Source of the DNA: Gemmatimonadota bacterium
GTDB lineage: Bacteria > Gemmatimonadota > Gemmatimonadetes > Palauibacterales > Palauibacteraceae
Length of the DNA stretch: 42,284 bases
Direction: 5' to 3'
NCBI GenBank assembly: GCA_039588275.1
Contig: JBDHAC010000044.1
Span: 5,912 to 48,195 of the forward strand
The position numbers and the translations under genes were made by a program. Shown here in pieces: positions 27,125 through 36,856 of this stretch (position 1 is the first letter of the stretch; every line of letters starts with the position of its first letter). The notes beneath the pieces were generated by a model that was not told where the DNA came from, searched no databases, and was given only the letters and a program-made list of their open reading frames with translations.

Positions 27125-28822
27125 ATGACGCGTAAACGGAAGGTATGGATCGGGCTGGGCGTCGTCGTGGTGCTCGGCCTGATGGCGGCCAACGCGCTTC
27201 GCTCGGACAGCGGGGGCGCGGTCGACGTGCGCGCGGAGGAGGTCACGACGCGTGACCTCGTCGCGCGGGTCTCGGCGACCGGACATATCGAGCCGGAGAC
27301 GTCGGTCGACATCACGACGGACGTCGCCGGGCGGATCGTCCAGCTCCCGGTCGAGGAGGGACAGGACGTCTCCGAAGGCGATCTGCTCCTCATGATCGAC
27401 CAGGCCCAGTACCAGGCCGCGGTCAACCAGGCCCTGGCCGGTCTGTCGCAGGCGCGCGCCACGGAGGCTCAGATGCGGGCCTCGTATATCCAGGCACAAC
27501 GCGACGCGGAGCGTTACGTGGCGCTCAAAGAGCGAGCCCCGGACCTCATCACGGACACGGAGGTCGAGCAGGCAGTCACTCAGGCCGATGTGCAGGAGGC
27601 GCTGTGGAGGGCGGCGGAGCATTCCGTGCAGCAGGCACAGGCGCGCCTCGCGCAAGCTCAGGACCAGCTGGCCAAGACCGTCATTCGGGCCCCGATGAGC
27701 GGCCGGGTCACGCGGCTCAACGTAGAGCGCGGGGAGACGGCTATCGTCGGTACGATGAACAATCCGGGCAGCCTCCTGCTCACCGTTGCCGACCTGTCGA
27801 CCATGGAAGCGGTGATCGAGGTGGACGAGACCGACATCCCCGACATCCAGGTGGGGGACTCGGCGTCGGTCGAGATCGATGCCTTCCCGAACCAGAGGTT
27901 CTCGGGACGGGTGACGAAGATCGGGAACAGCTCGATCATCCCGCGCACGAACCTGACCTCGGCGGGGTCCAACCAGGCGATCGACTTCGAGGTTCGTATC
28001 ACGCTCGATGATCCTCCCGAAGCCGTACGGCCCGACCTTTCGGCAACCGCCGATGTGATCACGGCCACCCGGGAGAACGTGCTCGCGATTCCGATCGCAG
28101 CGCTCACGCTGATGGACGCCGACGATATCGAGCAGGTTCCCAGCGAGAACGTGCCGCCCGAGGAGGCGCTCGACACGAGCCGGGACGTCGAGGGAGTGTT
28201 CGTCGTAGATGGGGATCGCGCCCGCTTCCGCCCGGTGGAGGTGGGGATCGCCGGCGAGAGCTACTTCGAGGTGCTGAGCGGGCTCGAAGAGGGGTTGGTC
28301 GTGGTTTCAGGCTCTTTCCAGGCGATCCGGGAGCTGGAAGACGGGTCGCGCATCGACGTGACCCGGTCTGAGGAGGCAGACTCGACCTCGAGCGCCGAGG
28401 GGAGGCTGGGTGACGAGCCGGAGACGCTCGCGCTGGCGGAGGCGGAAGCACGACCGAGGGGTGGCGAGGCAGCCGTGGGAGCAGGGGCTGAAGCGCCGCA
28501 GGTCGACGCGGCAGAAGTCGAGGCGGCCACTCTCGTCGTCTCGGTCCCACCCGGCTTGTACGCCATCGCGGCGTCCTCGCAACAAGTCGGCAGCGTTCGG
28601 AATCTCAGCGAGGCTCTCGAAGATGATGGTTATCCCACCCTGGTGGTGCCCCGCCGCGACGAAGCGAATGAGCTCTGGTATCGGGTGATGGTCGGCCCGT
28701 ATACGACGCGTGCCGAAGTGGAGGATATCCTGCTTCGGCTCCGTAGAGAGCGAGGGATCCAGGGCTGGGTCCGCGAGGTGGCTCAAGAGGGCTCTGGCAC
28801 GGGCGCTGGAGACGAGCCGTGA
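27125..28822 (+). CDS. Efflux periplasmic adaptor (MFP, MacA/YknX-like) with C-terminal SPOR-like domain
   Basis: TM anchor, SATGHIEP, VEEGQDV, IRAPMSGRV, VDETDIPDIQVG, GIAGESYFEVLSGL; then a linker and LYAIAASS...GYPTLV...WYRVMVGPY.TRAEVE...L. Confidence 0.9.
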   Translation: MTRKRKVWIGLGVVVVLGLMAANALRSDSGGAVDVRAEEVTTRDLVARVSATGHIEPETSVDITTDVAGRIVQLPVEEGQDVSEGDLLLMIDQAQYQAAVNQALAGLSQARATEAQMRASYIQAQRDAERYVALKERAPDLITDTEVEQAVTQADVQEALWRAAEHSVQQAQARLAQAQDQLAKTVIRAPMSGRVTRLNVERGETAIVGTMNNPGSLLLTVADLSTMEAVIEVDETDIPDIQVGDSASVEIDAFPNQRFSGRVTKIGNSSIIPRTNLTSAGSNQAIDFEVRITLDDPPEAVRPDLSATADVITATRENVLAIPIAALTLMDADDIEQVPSENVPPEEALDTSRDVEGVFVVDGDRARFRPVEVGIAGESYFEVLSGLEEGLVVVSGSFQAIRELEDGSRIDVTRSEEADSTSSAEGRLGDEPETLALAEAEARPRGGEAAVGAGAEAPQVDAAEVEAATLVVSVPPGLYAIAASSQQVGSVRNLSEALEDDGYPTLVVPRRDEANELWYRVMVGPYTTRAEVEDILLRLRRERGIQGWVREVAQEGSGTGAGDEP

Positions 28823-28852
28823 GGGCGGCCGACTCGACCTCGACCGCCGAGG
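28379..28852. repeat. 22-bp direct repeat flanking the SPOR-coding segment (28379-28400 and 28831-28852)
   Basis: GACTCGACCTCGAGCGCCGAGG versus GACTCGACCTCGACCGCCGAGG (21/22 identical). Confidence 0.85.
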
Positions 28853-28861
28853 AGGAAGGGG

Positions 28862-29608
28862 ATGATTCATGATCTCGTCGACGAGCCCGAGGGCCACACA
28901 CACGAGCAAATAGAGGACGATGACGACGAACGGTCAGCCAATTACGTGATGGGTGCCGAGACAATCCGCGCGCTTCGTGGGGTCGATCTCAAGATCGAGA
29001 GCAACGAGTACGTGGCGATCATGGGGCCCTCCGGCTCGGGGAAGTCGACCCTGATGAACCTGATCGGCTGTCTCGATACCCCGACCTCGGGTGAGTACGT
29101 CTTGAACGGCCAGGCCGTTCAGGACCTCGACGACGACGAGCTGGCGCGGATTCGAAACCGGGAGATCGGATTCGTCTTCCAGACCTTCAATCTGCTGCCG
29201 CGCGCGACGGCTCTTCACAACGTCGAGCTGCCCCTCATCTACGCCGGTGTCTCGGCGAAGGAGCGCCAACGTCGTGCGGCGGGGGCATTGGAGAAGGTCG
29301 CGCTCGCCGATCGCATGAACCACAAGCCGAACGAGCTGTCGGGGGGGCAGAGGCAACGCGTGGCGATCGCGCGCGCGCTGGTGAACGACCCTTCCATCCT
29401 CCTGGCCGACGAGCCGACGGGGAACCTCGACTCGAGCACATCCCAGGAGATCATGGGCGTCTTCGACGCCCTCCATGCTTCGGGCCAGACGATCATCATG
29501 GTGACGCACGAGGCCGACATCGCCGCACATTCGCACCGCGAGATCACCCTTGTGGATGGGATGATCTCCGCCCAGCACGTCAAGGCGCCGGCGACCGCGG
29601 GTATTTAG
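28862..29608 (+). CDS. ABC transporter ATP-binding protein (MacB/YknY-like); N-terminus atypical
   Basis: [51 protein letters not shown]. Confidence 0.93.
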   Translation: MIHDLVDEPEGHTHEQIEDDDDERSANYVMGAETIRALRGVDLKIESNEYVAIMGPSGSGKSTLMNLIGCLDTPTSGEYVLNGQAVQDLDDDELARIRNREIGFVFQTFNLLPRATALHNVELPLIYAGVSAKERQRRAAGALEKVALADRMNHKPNELSGGQRQRVAIARALVNDPSILLADEPTGNLDSSTSQEIMGVFDALHASGQTIIMVTHEADIAAHSHREITLVDGMISAQHVKAPATAGI

Positions 29609-29638
29609 CGGGCCGGCCGAGGTCGAGGGTCTCTCGCG

Positions 29639-30883
29639 ATGCGCTTCTGGGAAGGGATCAGGCTCGCACTCACGCAGGTGTGGACGCACAAGCTGAAGTC
29701 CTTCTTCAGCTTGGTCGGCGTCATCATCGGCATCACCTTCCTGATTGCGGTGATCACGATCGTGGAGGGGATGAACCGTTACGTGCGCGAGGACTTCGCG
29801 GGATCGATCTTCGGCGTCAACACCTTCACCGTGGTCCAGCGCAATCAGGTCAACACCGGACCGCAGTCGGCGGAGCGAAGGCGCCGCGAGGCCCGTAACC
29901 CCGAGCTCGTCCTGCACGATGTGGAGGTGGTGCGCGCGGCCACCCCGAACGCCAAGCAGTTCGCCTACATGTCCGATCGCTTCCTGAGCGAGGTCCGCTC
30001 CGGAGGAGAGCGCCGCCCAAACGTCCGCCTGATCGGCGGATCGGGGGAGTACCAGACGATCCAGGGCTGGAAGGTCGACAGCGGGCGCGGGCTGACGCCG
30101 CTCGACGAGCGCCGCGCCCTCAAGGTGGCGGTCATCGGCTCCGCGATCGCCGAACGGCTCTTCCCGACCACGTCGCCGCTCGACAAGCCCATCCGCTTTC
30201 GCGGTCAGCAGTTCACGATCGTGGGCGTGTTCGAGAAGCAGGGCGGCTTCATCGGGAACATCCGCGATGCGTCCGTGCTGATCCCCTTCTCCACGTACAA
30301 CCAGACCATGGCCCAACGTCGCGAGGAGGTGGAGGAGATCCTCGTCAAGGTGAACACTGCGGCGGAGATCGAGCCCACGATCGCGGAAGTGGAGGGCGCG
30401 CTGCGGGCAGACCGGCAGCTTCGCCCGGGAGAAGACAACAACTTCTGGATCCAGACCTCGAACGATCTGCTCAGCGCCTGGAACACGATCAACCGGATCC
30501 TGATGACCGCGATTCCGGGTCTGGTATCCGTGTCGCTCGTCGTGGGCGGGATCGTGATCATGAACATCATGCTCCTCTCGGTGACCGACCGGACGCGCGA
30601 GATCGGCCTGCGCAAATCGCTCGGCGCACGCCGGCGGGACATCCTGTTCCAGTTCCTAACCGAGGCTTCGACGCTTTCGATCTTGGGTGCCGCCGTGGGG
30701 ATCGCGGTCGGACTGGGACTCGCCCGGCTCGTGGAATCGCTCACCCCGCTTCCGGCCTCCGTCTCAGGGTTCTCGCTCTTCCTCGCGCTCGCGCTCGGGT
30801 TGATCGTGGGCGTCGCCTCGGGCATGTATCCCGCGTACCGCGCCGCGCGTCTCGACCCGATCGAGGCGTTGCGGTACGAGTGA
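29639..30883 (+). CDS. ABC transporter permease (MacB/FtsX family)
   Basis: HKLKSFFSLVGVIIG, GGIVIMNIMLLSVTDRTREIGLRKSLGA, YPAYRAARLDPIEALRYE. Confidence 0.94.
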   Translation: MRFWEGIRLALTQVWTHKLKSFFSLVGVIIGITFLIAVITIVEGMNRYVREDFAGSIFGVNTFTVVQRNQVNTGPQSAERRRREARNPELVLHDVEVVRAATPNAKQFAYMSDRFLSEVRSGGERRPNVRLIGGSGEYQTIQGWKVDSGRGLTPLDERRALKVAVIGSAIAERLFPTTSPLDKPIRFRGQQFTIVGVFEKQGGFIGNIRDASVLIPFSTYNQTMAQRREEVEEILVKVNTAAEIEPTIAEVEGALRADRQLRPGEDNNFWIQTSNDLLSAWNTINRILMTAIPGLVSVSLVVGGIVIMNIMLLSVTDRTREIGLRKSLGARRRDILFQFLTEASTLSILGAAVGIAVGLGLARLVESLTPLPASVSGFSLFLALALGLIVGVASGMYPAYRAARLDPIEALRYE

Positions 30884-30931
30884 GCTACGGGGGAAGGTGG
30901 TAGACCGATGATTCCCAGCGGGAAGATAGGG

Positions 30932-32121
30932 ATGGGCTTCTTCGCCACGGCCATCGAAGGGATCGCCGTAGCGTTCGATTCGCTGCGCTCCAACAAGGTG
31001 CGCAGCGGGCTCACGATTCTCGGGGTCACGATCGGTGTGTTGGTCGTCATGGTGATGGCGGCGGTGATCACGGGGGTGAACGAGAGTTTCTCCGAGCTGA
31101 TCTCGGGACGCGGCTACAGCACGTTCTACGTGGCGCACTACGACTTCTCGACGGTTCAGGCGGGAACCGGCCTGGATGAGGAGGAGCCGGACTTCTTCCG
31201 GAACGACCCCCTGGATCCGATCTGGGTGCGGGACCTGAGCCGCCTGCCGGGCATCCAGAGCGCGTCCGCGTACTCCGACCTCCAGCAGCAGGGCGGGTAC
31301 GAGGCGACCTGGGGATCGACCGACGTCGAGATCTCGCTGTACGGGGTGAGCTCGCAGTCATCGACTCGGCGACCGCCTTCGACCTGTTCGGGAACCTCGA
31401 CCCGCTGGGGCGCCGGATCCGGATCGGCTCCTACCGGGGCGACGGGACGATCTTCCAGGTGATCGGCATCTATCAGCCGCCCGCCAACCTGTTCGCCGGG
31501 TTGGCCTCCCACTACGTGTGGATCCCGTTTTGGACGTCGGACAAGCACATCCGCGTGTGGGACCGGATGGTCGCGTTCGTGGTGCGACCCGAGCCCGGGG
31601 CCGATCTGGAGCTGGCGAAGGATGTCGTGCACGCGAGGATGCGGCAGCTCCGCCGTCTCGCCCCCGGCGAGGAGGACGACTTCGCGATCGTGGGCCAGGA
31701 TCAGATCGTGAACCTGTGGAACAACCTCACCTCGGTCCTGTTCTCGGTCATGGTCGCGCTCTCGAGCGTGGGTCTGATGGTCGGGGGCGTGGGGGTCATC
31801 GGGATCATGATGATCTCCGTCACCGAGCGCACGCGAGAGATCGGGCTTCGCAAGTCGATGGGCGCTCGCCGGCGCGACATCCTGTGGCAGTTCCTCGTGG
31901 AGGCGGCGACGCTCACGCTCATCGGTGGCGCGGCCGGAATGCTCCTCGGCGGCGCGATCGTGTATTCGCTCAACGCCTTCTCGCCCGTCCCGGCGGAAGT
32001 GCCCGTATGGTCGATCATCGCGGCCCTGGCCGCGTCAGCGCTCACGGGGATCGGGTTCGGGTTGTACCCCGCCTCCCGCGCGGCCCGCCTCGAGCCCGTG
32101 GTCGCACTGCACCACGAGTGA
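30932..32121 (+). pseudogene. Second MacB/FtsX-family permease, frameshifted near 31350
   Basis: The N-half (NKVRSGLTILG...SLYGVSS) and C-half (LAVIDSATAFDLFG...ERTREIGLRKSMGA...PVVALHHE) are in different frames, and about 26 codons present in the paralog are missing. Confidence 0.85.
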
Positions 32122-32864
32122 CCGGTCCGGAGCCTCCCTTGGATCTCCTGGCCATCGCCGCCCACCCCGACGACGCGGAGCTGACGTGCGGCGGTACCCT
32201 CGCCCGTTCCGCCGAGAGCGGGTACCGGACGGGTGTGCTGGATCTGGCGCGGGGGGAGATGGCGACTCGGGGCTCACCCGAGATCAGGGCCCGCGAAGCC
32301 TCGTGCGCTTCGGTGGTTCTCGGGCTCGCCGTACGCGAGAACGCCGCGTTGCCCGATGCGCACCTCCACAACACGGACGAGAACCGGCGAGTTCTGGTCT
32401 CCGCGATCCGACGCCTTCGTCCGCGGGTCGTCATCTTGCCATTTCCGCGCGGACGGCACCCGGATCACCGGATCGCGTCGGAGCTCGGGCGGGACGCGTG
32501 CTTCCTGGCGGGTCTGGGGGCGTACGGTGATGGTCTGGCAGACGGCGCGCCCGCACACCGACCGTACAAGATCCTCTACGCGCTCAGCTACAGGGAGGAC
32601 CCGGTGAAGCCGACGTTCGTCGTCCCGCTCACCGGGGAGCAGTTCCAGCGCAAGATGGAGGCGATCCGCTGCTACGCCTCCCAATTCGAGGGCGCCCATT
32701 CGGCCGGCGAGATCTTTCCCACCGGACAACCGCTGTTCGAGCTCGTCGAGACGCAGAGTCGCCACTACGGTTCGCTGATCCGTGAGGCTTACGGAGAGCC
32801 ATTCTACTCGGACGAGACCATGGCCGTGGAGGATGTCGTTCGCCTGTCGGTCCAGTCGATGTAG
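32118..32864 (+). CDS. bshB1: Bacillithiol biosynthesis deacetylase BshB1 (PIG-L family)
   Basis: DLLAIAAHPDDAELTCGGTL, GEMATRG, GRHPDH, KMEAIRCYASQF, YGEPF; GTG overlaps the permease stop. Confidence 0.85.
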   Translation: MTGPEPPLDLLAIAAHPDDAELTCGGTLARSAESGYRTGVLDLARGEMATRGSPEIRAREASCASVVLGLAVRENAALPDAHLHNTDENRRVLVSAIRRLRPRVVILPFPRGRHPDHRIASELGRDACFLAGLGAYGDGLADGAPAHRPYKILYALSYREDPVKPTFVVPLTGEQFQRKMEAIRCYASQFEGAHSAGEIFPTGQPLFELVETQSRHYGSLIREAYGEPFYSDETMAVEDVVRLSVQSM

Positions 32865-32879
32865 GGAGCGCCGTCCGAC

Positions 32880-33227
32880 TCAGCTCGTGCAGGTCACCTC
32901 GACCAGAAGTCGCTTCCAGCTCGGAACGGTCTCGTCACCCACCCGGAGCACTCGCGCCCGGGCCCTTCCACCGCGCCGCATCCAGGGAGCCAGCCAGCGG
33001 CTGATCTCTTCGGGCAGGTGCCCCAGGGGCTCCCCCGCCTTCAGGTGTACCCATACGTGGTTCGGAGACGGGCCGGCCGGGTCGGGGATGAGCACGAGCT
33101 CCTGGGCGGCGCGCACGCGCTTCAGGTGTCGGGCTCGATCGCCGAACGGAAGGCCGTGCACGGTGGTCCGGAAGACTTCGGCCCCACCGGGGGGAAGAGG
33201 TTTGGCTTGGGTGGCGAATCGCACCAT
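32880..33227 (-). CDS. Stand-alone HIRAN-like domain protein (start 33227 or 33257)
   Basis: FRTTVHGLPF..R, ELVLIPDP, VWVH...GEPLGHLP..IS.WLAP resembles the HIRAN pattern. Confidence 0.7.
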   Translation of the reverse strand: MVRFATQAKPLPPGGAEVFRTTVHGLPFGDRARHLKRVRAAQELVLIPDPAGPSPNHVWVHLKAGEPLGHLPEEISRWLAPWMRRGGRARARVLRVGDETVPSWKRLLVEVTCTS

Positions 33228-33413
33228 GTCGGTCCGGGGTATCCAGGTTGCGGGCATGCCGGCGAAAGGTTTCAATACGACGCAATCAAAAGGTATTCGG
33301 ATCGCCGCAGGGGAGGAAGCCGCGTGCCACCCGCGCACGGTCACGGCTCCTCTCTCCAACACCGGTAGCAGGTCGCCGGATGACGAGCCCCCGACTCCTG
33401 ATGTGTTTGACTG

Positions 33414-34583
33414 GTGAGCGCACTTTCTGATCGTATTTATCTGGATCACGCGGCTACGTCGCCCCTGCGCCCCGAGGTGTGGAGAGCGATGGAGGCGGAG
33501 CTCGAGCATTGCTTCAATCCCGCGAGCCCGCACGCTTTCGGACGGGGTGCGCACAGGTGCCTCGAGACCGCGCGCGACGGGTTGGCGGGACTCCTCGAGT
33601 GCGACCGCACGGAGCTCTACTTCACGGCCGGCGGCACCCCCTCCAACAACCTCGCGATCCTTGGCTTCGCTCGCAGGCACAGGGGTGAGTCACCCCGGAT
33701 CTTTCTCACGGCGGTCGAGCACAAAGCGGGTCTGAAGGCGGCCCAGGTGGCCGAGGGAGAGGGTGCCAGGGTGGCTCATATCCCCGTCGACGGTGACGGG
33801 ACCGCCGATCCGGATTGGCTCGCGGGCGCCCTGGAGGAAGCCGGCGGCGCCCCGGCGCTGGTGTCAGTCATGTGGGCCAACAACGAGGTGGGCACGATAC
33901 AGCCCGTGCGCGCGTTCGCCGAGCTCGCCCACAGTCACGGAGCGCGGTTTCATACCGACGCCGTCCAGGCTGTGGGCAAGGCCGCCGTTTCCCTGGCGGA
34001 GGTTCCGGCAGATTTCCTGACGGCGACCGCCCACAAGCTTGGAGGACCCGTCGGCATCGGGTTGCTTTACTGTCGAAGAGGACATCGGCTCGAGCCCCTG
34101 CTGTATGGCGGCGAGCAGGAGCGATCGGTATGGCCGGGCACCCAGAACCCGCTCCTCGCCACCGGGTTCGCGGAAGCGGCTCGATTGGCGATCGAAGGAC
34201 GAGAAGAGCGCGCCGCGGGCTGGCAACAACTGCGCGACCACCTCGAGGCGCGCCTGCTGGAAGAGGTGCCGGGCGCCGTCATCCACGGGGGAGGGGCCCC
34301 CGAGCGGCTGCCGAATGTCGTGAGCGTCGGCATCCCGGATTGCGACTCGGGCGCGGTCCGCGTTTCCCTCGACCTCGAGGGGATCGCGGTCTCGGGCGGG
34401 TCCGCGTGTAGCAGCGAGACCGAGGTCGGATCGACCGTGCTCGAGGCCATGGGCGTGGAGGGTGGGGATCGGTATGCGACGGTGCGGTTCAGCTTCGGTC
34501 CCGGTACGACGGTCGAGGAGGTGGATCGAGCCGCGGAGACACTCGCGCGGGTCGCGACCCGCGTCCTCGCGCTGGGCGTCTAG
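33414..34583 (+). CDS. iscS: Cysteine desulfurase (IscS/NifS family)
   Basis: IYLDHAATSP, VEH, MWANNEVG, HTDAVQAVGK, AHKLGGP, SGGSACSS, RFSFG; directly upstream of mnmA. Confidence 0.9.
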   Translation: MSALSDRIYLDHAATSPLRPEVWRAMEAELEHCFNPASPHAFGRGAHRCLETARDGLAGLLECDRTELYFTAGGTPSNNLAILGFARRHRGESPRIFLTAVEHKAGLKAAQVAEGEGARVAHIPVDGDGTADPDWLAGALEEAGGAPALVSVMWANNEVGTIQPVRAFAELAHSHGARFHTDAVQAVGKAAVSLAEVPADFLTATAHKLGGPVGIGLLYCRRGHRLEPLLYGGEQERSVWPGTQNPLLATGFAEAARLAIEGREERAAGWQQLRDHLEARLLEEVPGAVIHGGGAPERLPNVVSVGIPDCDSGAVRVSLDLEGIAVSGGSACSSETEVGSTVLEAMGVEGGDRYATVRFSFGPGTTVEEVDRAAETLARVATRVLALGV

Positions 34584-34612
34584 CGTAGGCCGCCGGGGAG
34601 CGCTGTAGAAGC

Positions 34613-35734
34613 GTGGCCTCCACGGGGTTGGAGCGACTCGAGTCGCGGGTGGTCGAGCGCGCCACCGACGAGACCGTCCTCGTCGCCATGTCCGGCGGGG
34701 TCGACTCTTCGCTTACCGCCGCGATTCTGCGGGACCGGGGGTACCGCGTGATCGGGGTCACCTTGAAGACCTTTTGCTACACCGGGCTCGAGGGACCGCG
34801 CCGGACATGCTGTGGCCTCGAGGGGATCGCGGACGCGAAATCCGTCGCGGCCCAACTCGACATCCCGCATTTCGTGTACGACGTCGAGGAGGCTTTCACG
34901 CGCGACGTGATCGATGACTTCGTCCGCGAATACGCGGCCGGGCGAACTCCGATTCCGTGCGTCCGATGCAACAGTTTCACCAAGTTCCGCGATCTCGTCC
35001 GGCGAGCCGACGAGCTCGGGTGTGAGCTGGTCGCCACCGGTCATTACGCCCGCATCCGCCATGGACCTACCGGGACACGGCTGTGCCGAGCCGAGGACGA
35101 TCGTAAGGACCAGACGTACTTTCTGTGGGGCATCCCCGCCGCGGTGCTCGAGCGCCTCCTGCTCCCGGTCGGCGATCTCGTGAAGCCCGAAGTGCGCGCG
35201 ACGGCGAGGTCCCTGGACCTGGACACGGCCGAGAAGCCCGAGTCGTTCGAGATCTGCTTCGTCCCCGATGACGACTACGCGGGCACGCTGAGACGGTACC
35301 TGGACGAGCAGCACCCCGCCTTCCTCACAGGATCCATACTGCTCGAGGACGGCACCGAGGTCGGCGAGCACCCCGGGTACGCACACTTCACGGTCGGGCA
35401 GCGAAAAGGCCTGCCCGGGGGCTTCGCGGAGCCGATGTATGTGATCGAGATCCATCCGGAAGCGAAGACCGTCGTGATCGGACCGCGCGACTCGCTCGCG
35501 AGCGGATGGGTCCGGGCGATCGGCGCCAACTGGTTGGCCGAGCGACCGACGGCGGGAGAAGGGCTGGGCGTGCGCATCCGGCACGGCGCTCCGATCGTGG
35601 ATGCGCACGTGCGCGACGTCACCGACGAATCGTTCGAGCTCGAGCTGCGCCTGCCGCAGTCGGCGGTCACGCCCGGACAGAGCGCCGTGCTGTACCGAGA
35701 CGATGTCGTGGTCGGTGGGGGAGTGATTCGCTAG
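34613..35734 (+). CDS. mnmA: tRNA-specific 2-thiouridylase
   Basis: VAMSGGVDSS, TPIPCVRCN, ATGHYA, KDQTYFL, KPESFEICF, FTVGQRKGL, VTPGQSAV. Confidence 0.96.
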   Translation: MASTGLERLESRVVERATDETVLVAMSGGVDSSLTAAILRDRGYRVIGVTLKTFCYTGLEGPRRTCCGLEGIADAKSVAAQLDIPHFVYDVEEAFTRDVIDDFVREYAAGRTPIPCVRCNSFTKFRDLVRRADELGCELVATGHYARIRHGPTGTRLCRAEDDRKDQTYFLWGIPAAVLERLLLPVGDLVKPEVRATARSLDLDTAEKPESFEICFVPDDDYAGTLRRYLDEQHPAFLTGSILLEDGTEVGEHPGYAHFTVGQRKGLPGGFAEPMYVIEIHPEAKTVVIGPRDSLASGWVRAIGANWLAERPTAGEGLGVRIRHGAPIVDAHVRDVTDESFELELRLPQSAVTPGQSAVLYRDDVVVGGGVIR

Positions 35735-35752
35735 GAGCCTGCGAAGAGCCCC

Positions 35753-36853
35753 CTAGTAGCGGAGTCCCTCCTTCGACGCGAGATCCGCGACGACCTGCCG
35801 CCCTTCGTCAGAGAGCTCGGGGGTCTGCACCACGATTCGAACGAGCTGGTCCCCCCGGCTCTCGCCCTTCTCGATCCCGTGGCCGCGAACTCGAAACATC
35901 GTCCCGCTCTGCGTCCCCGCCGGTACTTTCAGGATGACCTTCTTGCCGTCGATCGTTCGCACCTTCAGACGCGAGCCGAGCATGGCCTGCGCGATGTTGA
36001 TCGGAACCTCGCACACCAGGTTCAGATCCTCGCGCGTGAAGAAACGATGCGTTTTCACGCGGAACTTGATGATCAGATCACCCGCCGGCCCCCCGTGGGG
36101 TCCTCGCTCTCCCTGCCCGGTGAGCCGGAGCTTCGAGCCGGTTTCGACGCCGGGCGGGACTCGGACGTTGAGCTTCTTCTTGGTGCGTACCTGACCGTTG
36201 CCCCCGCAGGATGAGCAAGCCGTCTCGGGCACCTTGCCGCGCCCGAGACAGGCGGGACACGGGCGGGTCACGGAGAATCCACCCTGCCCGAAGGTCACCT
36301 CGCCCTTTCCGGAGCATTCGCTGCAGTTCAGGAGCCCCGTCCCGGGGGCGGCGCCCGAGCCGTCGCACGTCGCGCACTCCTCGCTGATCGGGACCGTCAC
36401 TCTGACCTTGCCGCCGCGCGCCGCCGTCTTGAGCGGGATCTCCACGAGGTACTCGACGTTGCGCCCTCGAGTAGGACCTTCCTTCCTGGCCGACGGGCGT
36501 TTCCCGAAATCGAATATCGAGCTGAATATGTCTCCCAGGCCGCCGAGGTCGGAGAGATCCTCGAACCGGAACCCCTTCCCTTCACCGGTCCCGGGCCGTG
36601 CGGTCCTGGAGGTGAACGCCCCCAACCCCCCGTACTTCCGCAGCTGGTCGTACTTCGTCCGCTTGTCAGGGTCCGAGAGCACGCGGTGCGCCTCGGAGAC
36701 CTCCTTGAACTTCTCGGCAGCGGCGGGATTGCCGGGATTCGCATCCGGATGGTACTGCTTGGCCAGTTTGCGGTAGGCCTTCTTGATCTCGTCGGCCGTC
36801 GCGTTCTCGGCGACGTCGAGGATCTTGTAGTAGTCCTTTGTGCGAGTCGCCAT
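35753..36853 (-). CDS. dnaJ: Molecular chaperone DnaJ
   Basis: KDYY, HPD, G/F-rich region, four CxxCxGxG motifs. Confidence 0.96.
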   Translation of the reverse strand: MATRTKDYYKILDVAENATADEIKKAYRKLAKQYHPDANPGNPAAAEKFKEVSEAHRVLSDPDKRTKYDQLRKYGGLGAFTSRTARPGTGEGKGFRFEDLSDLGGLGDIFSSIFDFGKRPSARKEGPTRGRNVEYLVEIPLKTAARGGKVRVTVPISEECATCDGSGAAPGTGLLNCSECSGKGEVTFGQGGFSVTRPCPACLGRGKVPETACSSCGGNGQVRTKKKLNVRVPPGVETGSKLRLTGQGERGPHGGPAGDLIIKFRVKTHRFFTREDLNLVCEVPINIAQAMLGSRLKVRTIDGKKVILKVPAGTQSGTMFRVRGHGIEKGESRGDQLVRIVVQTPELSDEGRQVVADLASKEGLRY

Positions 36854-36856
36854 CGG

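Noticed and set aside
28307..28964. Hydrophobic minus-strand stretch ([17 protein letters not shown]) near 28870-28935 as a hidden membrane peptide
   Set aside because: No convincing start or RBS; it is the antisense of a purine-rich, acidic-coding segment.
31518..32117. Apparent 448-aa protein with a long N-terminal extension on BshB1
   Set aside because: The extension is an alternative frame of the permease C-half; BshB1 starts at GTG 32118, overlapping the permease stop.
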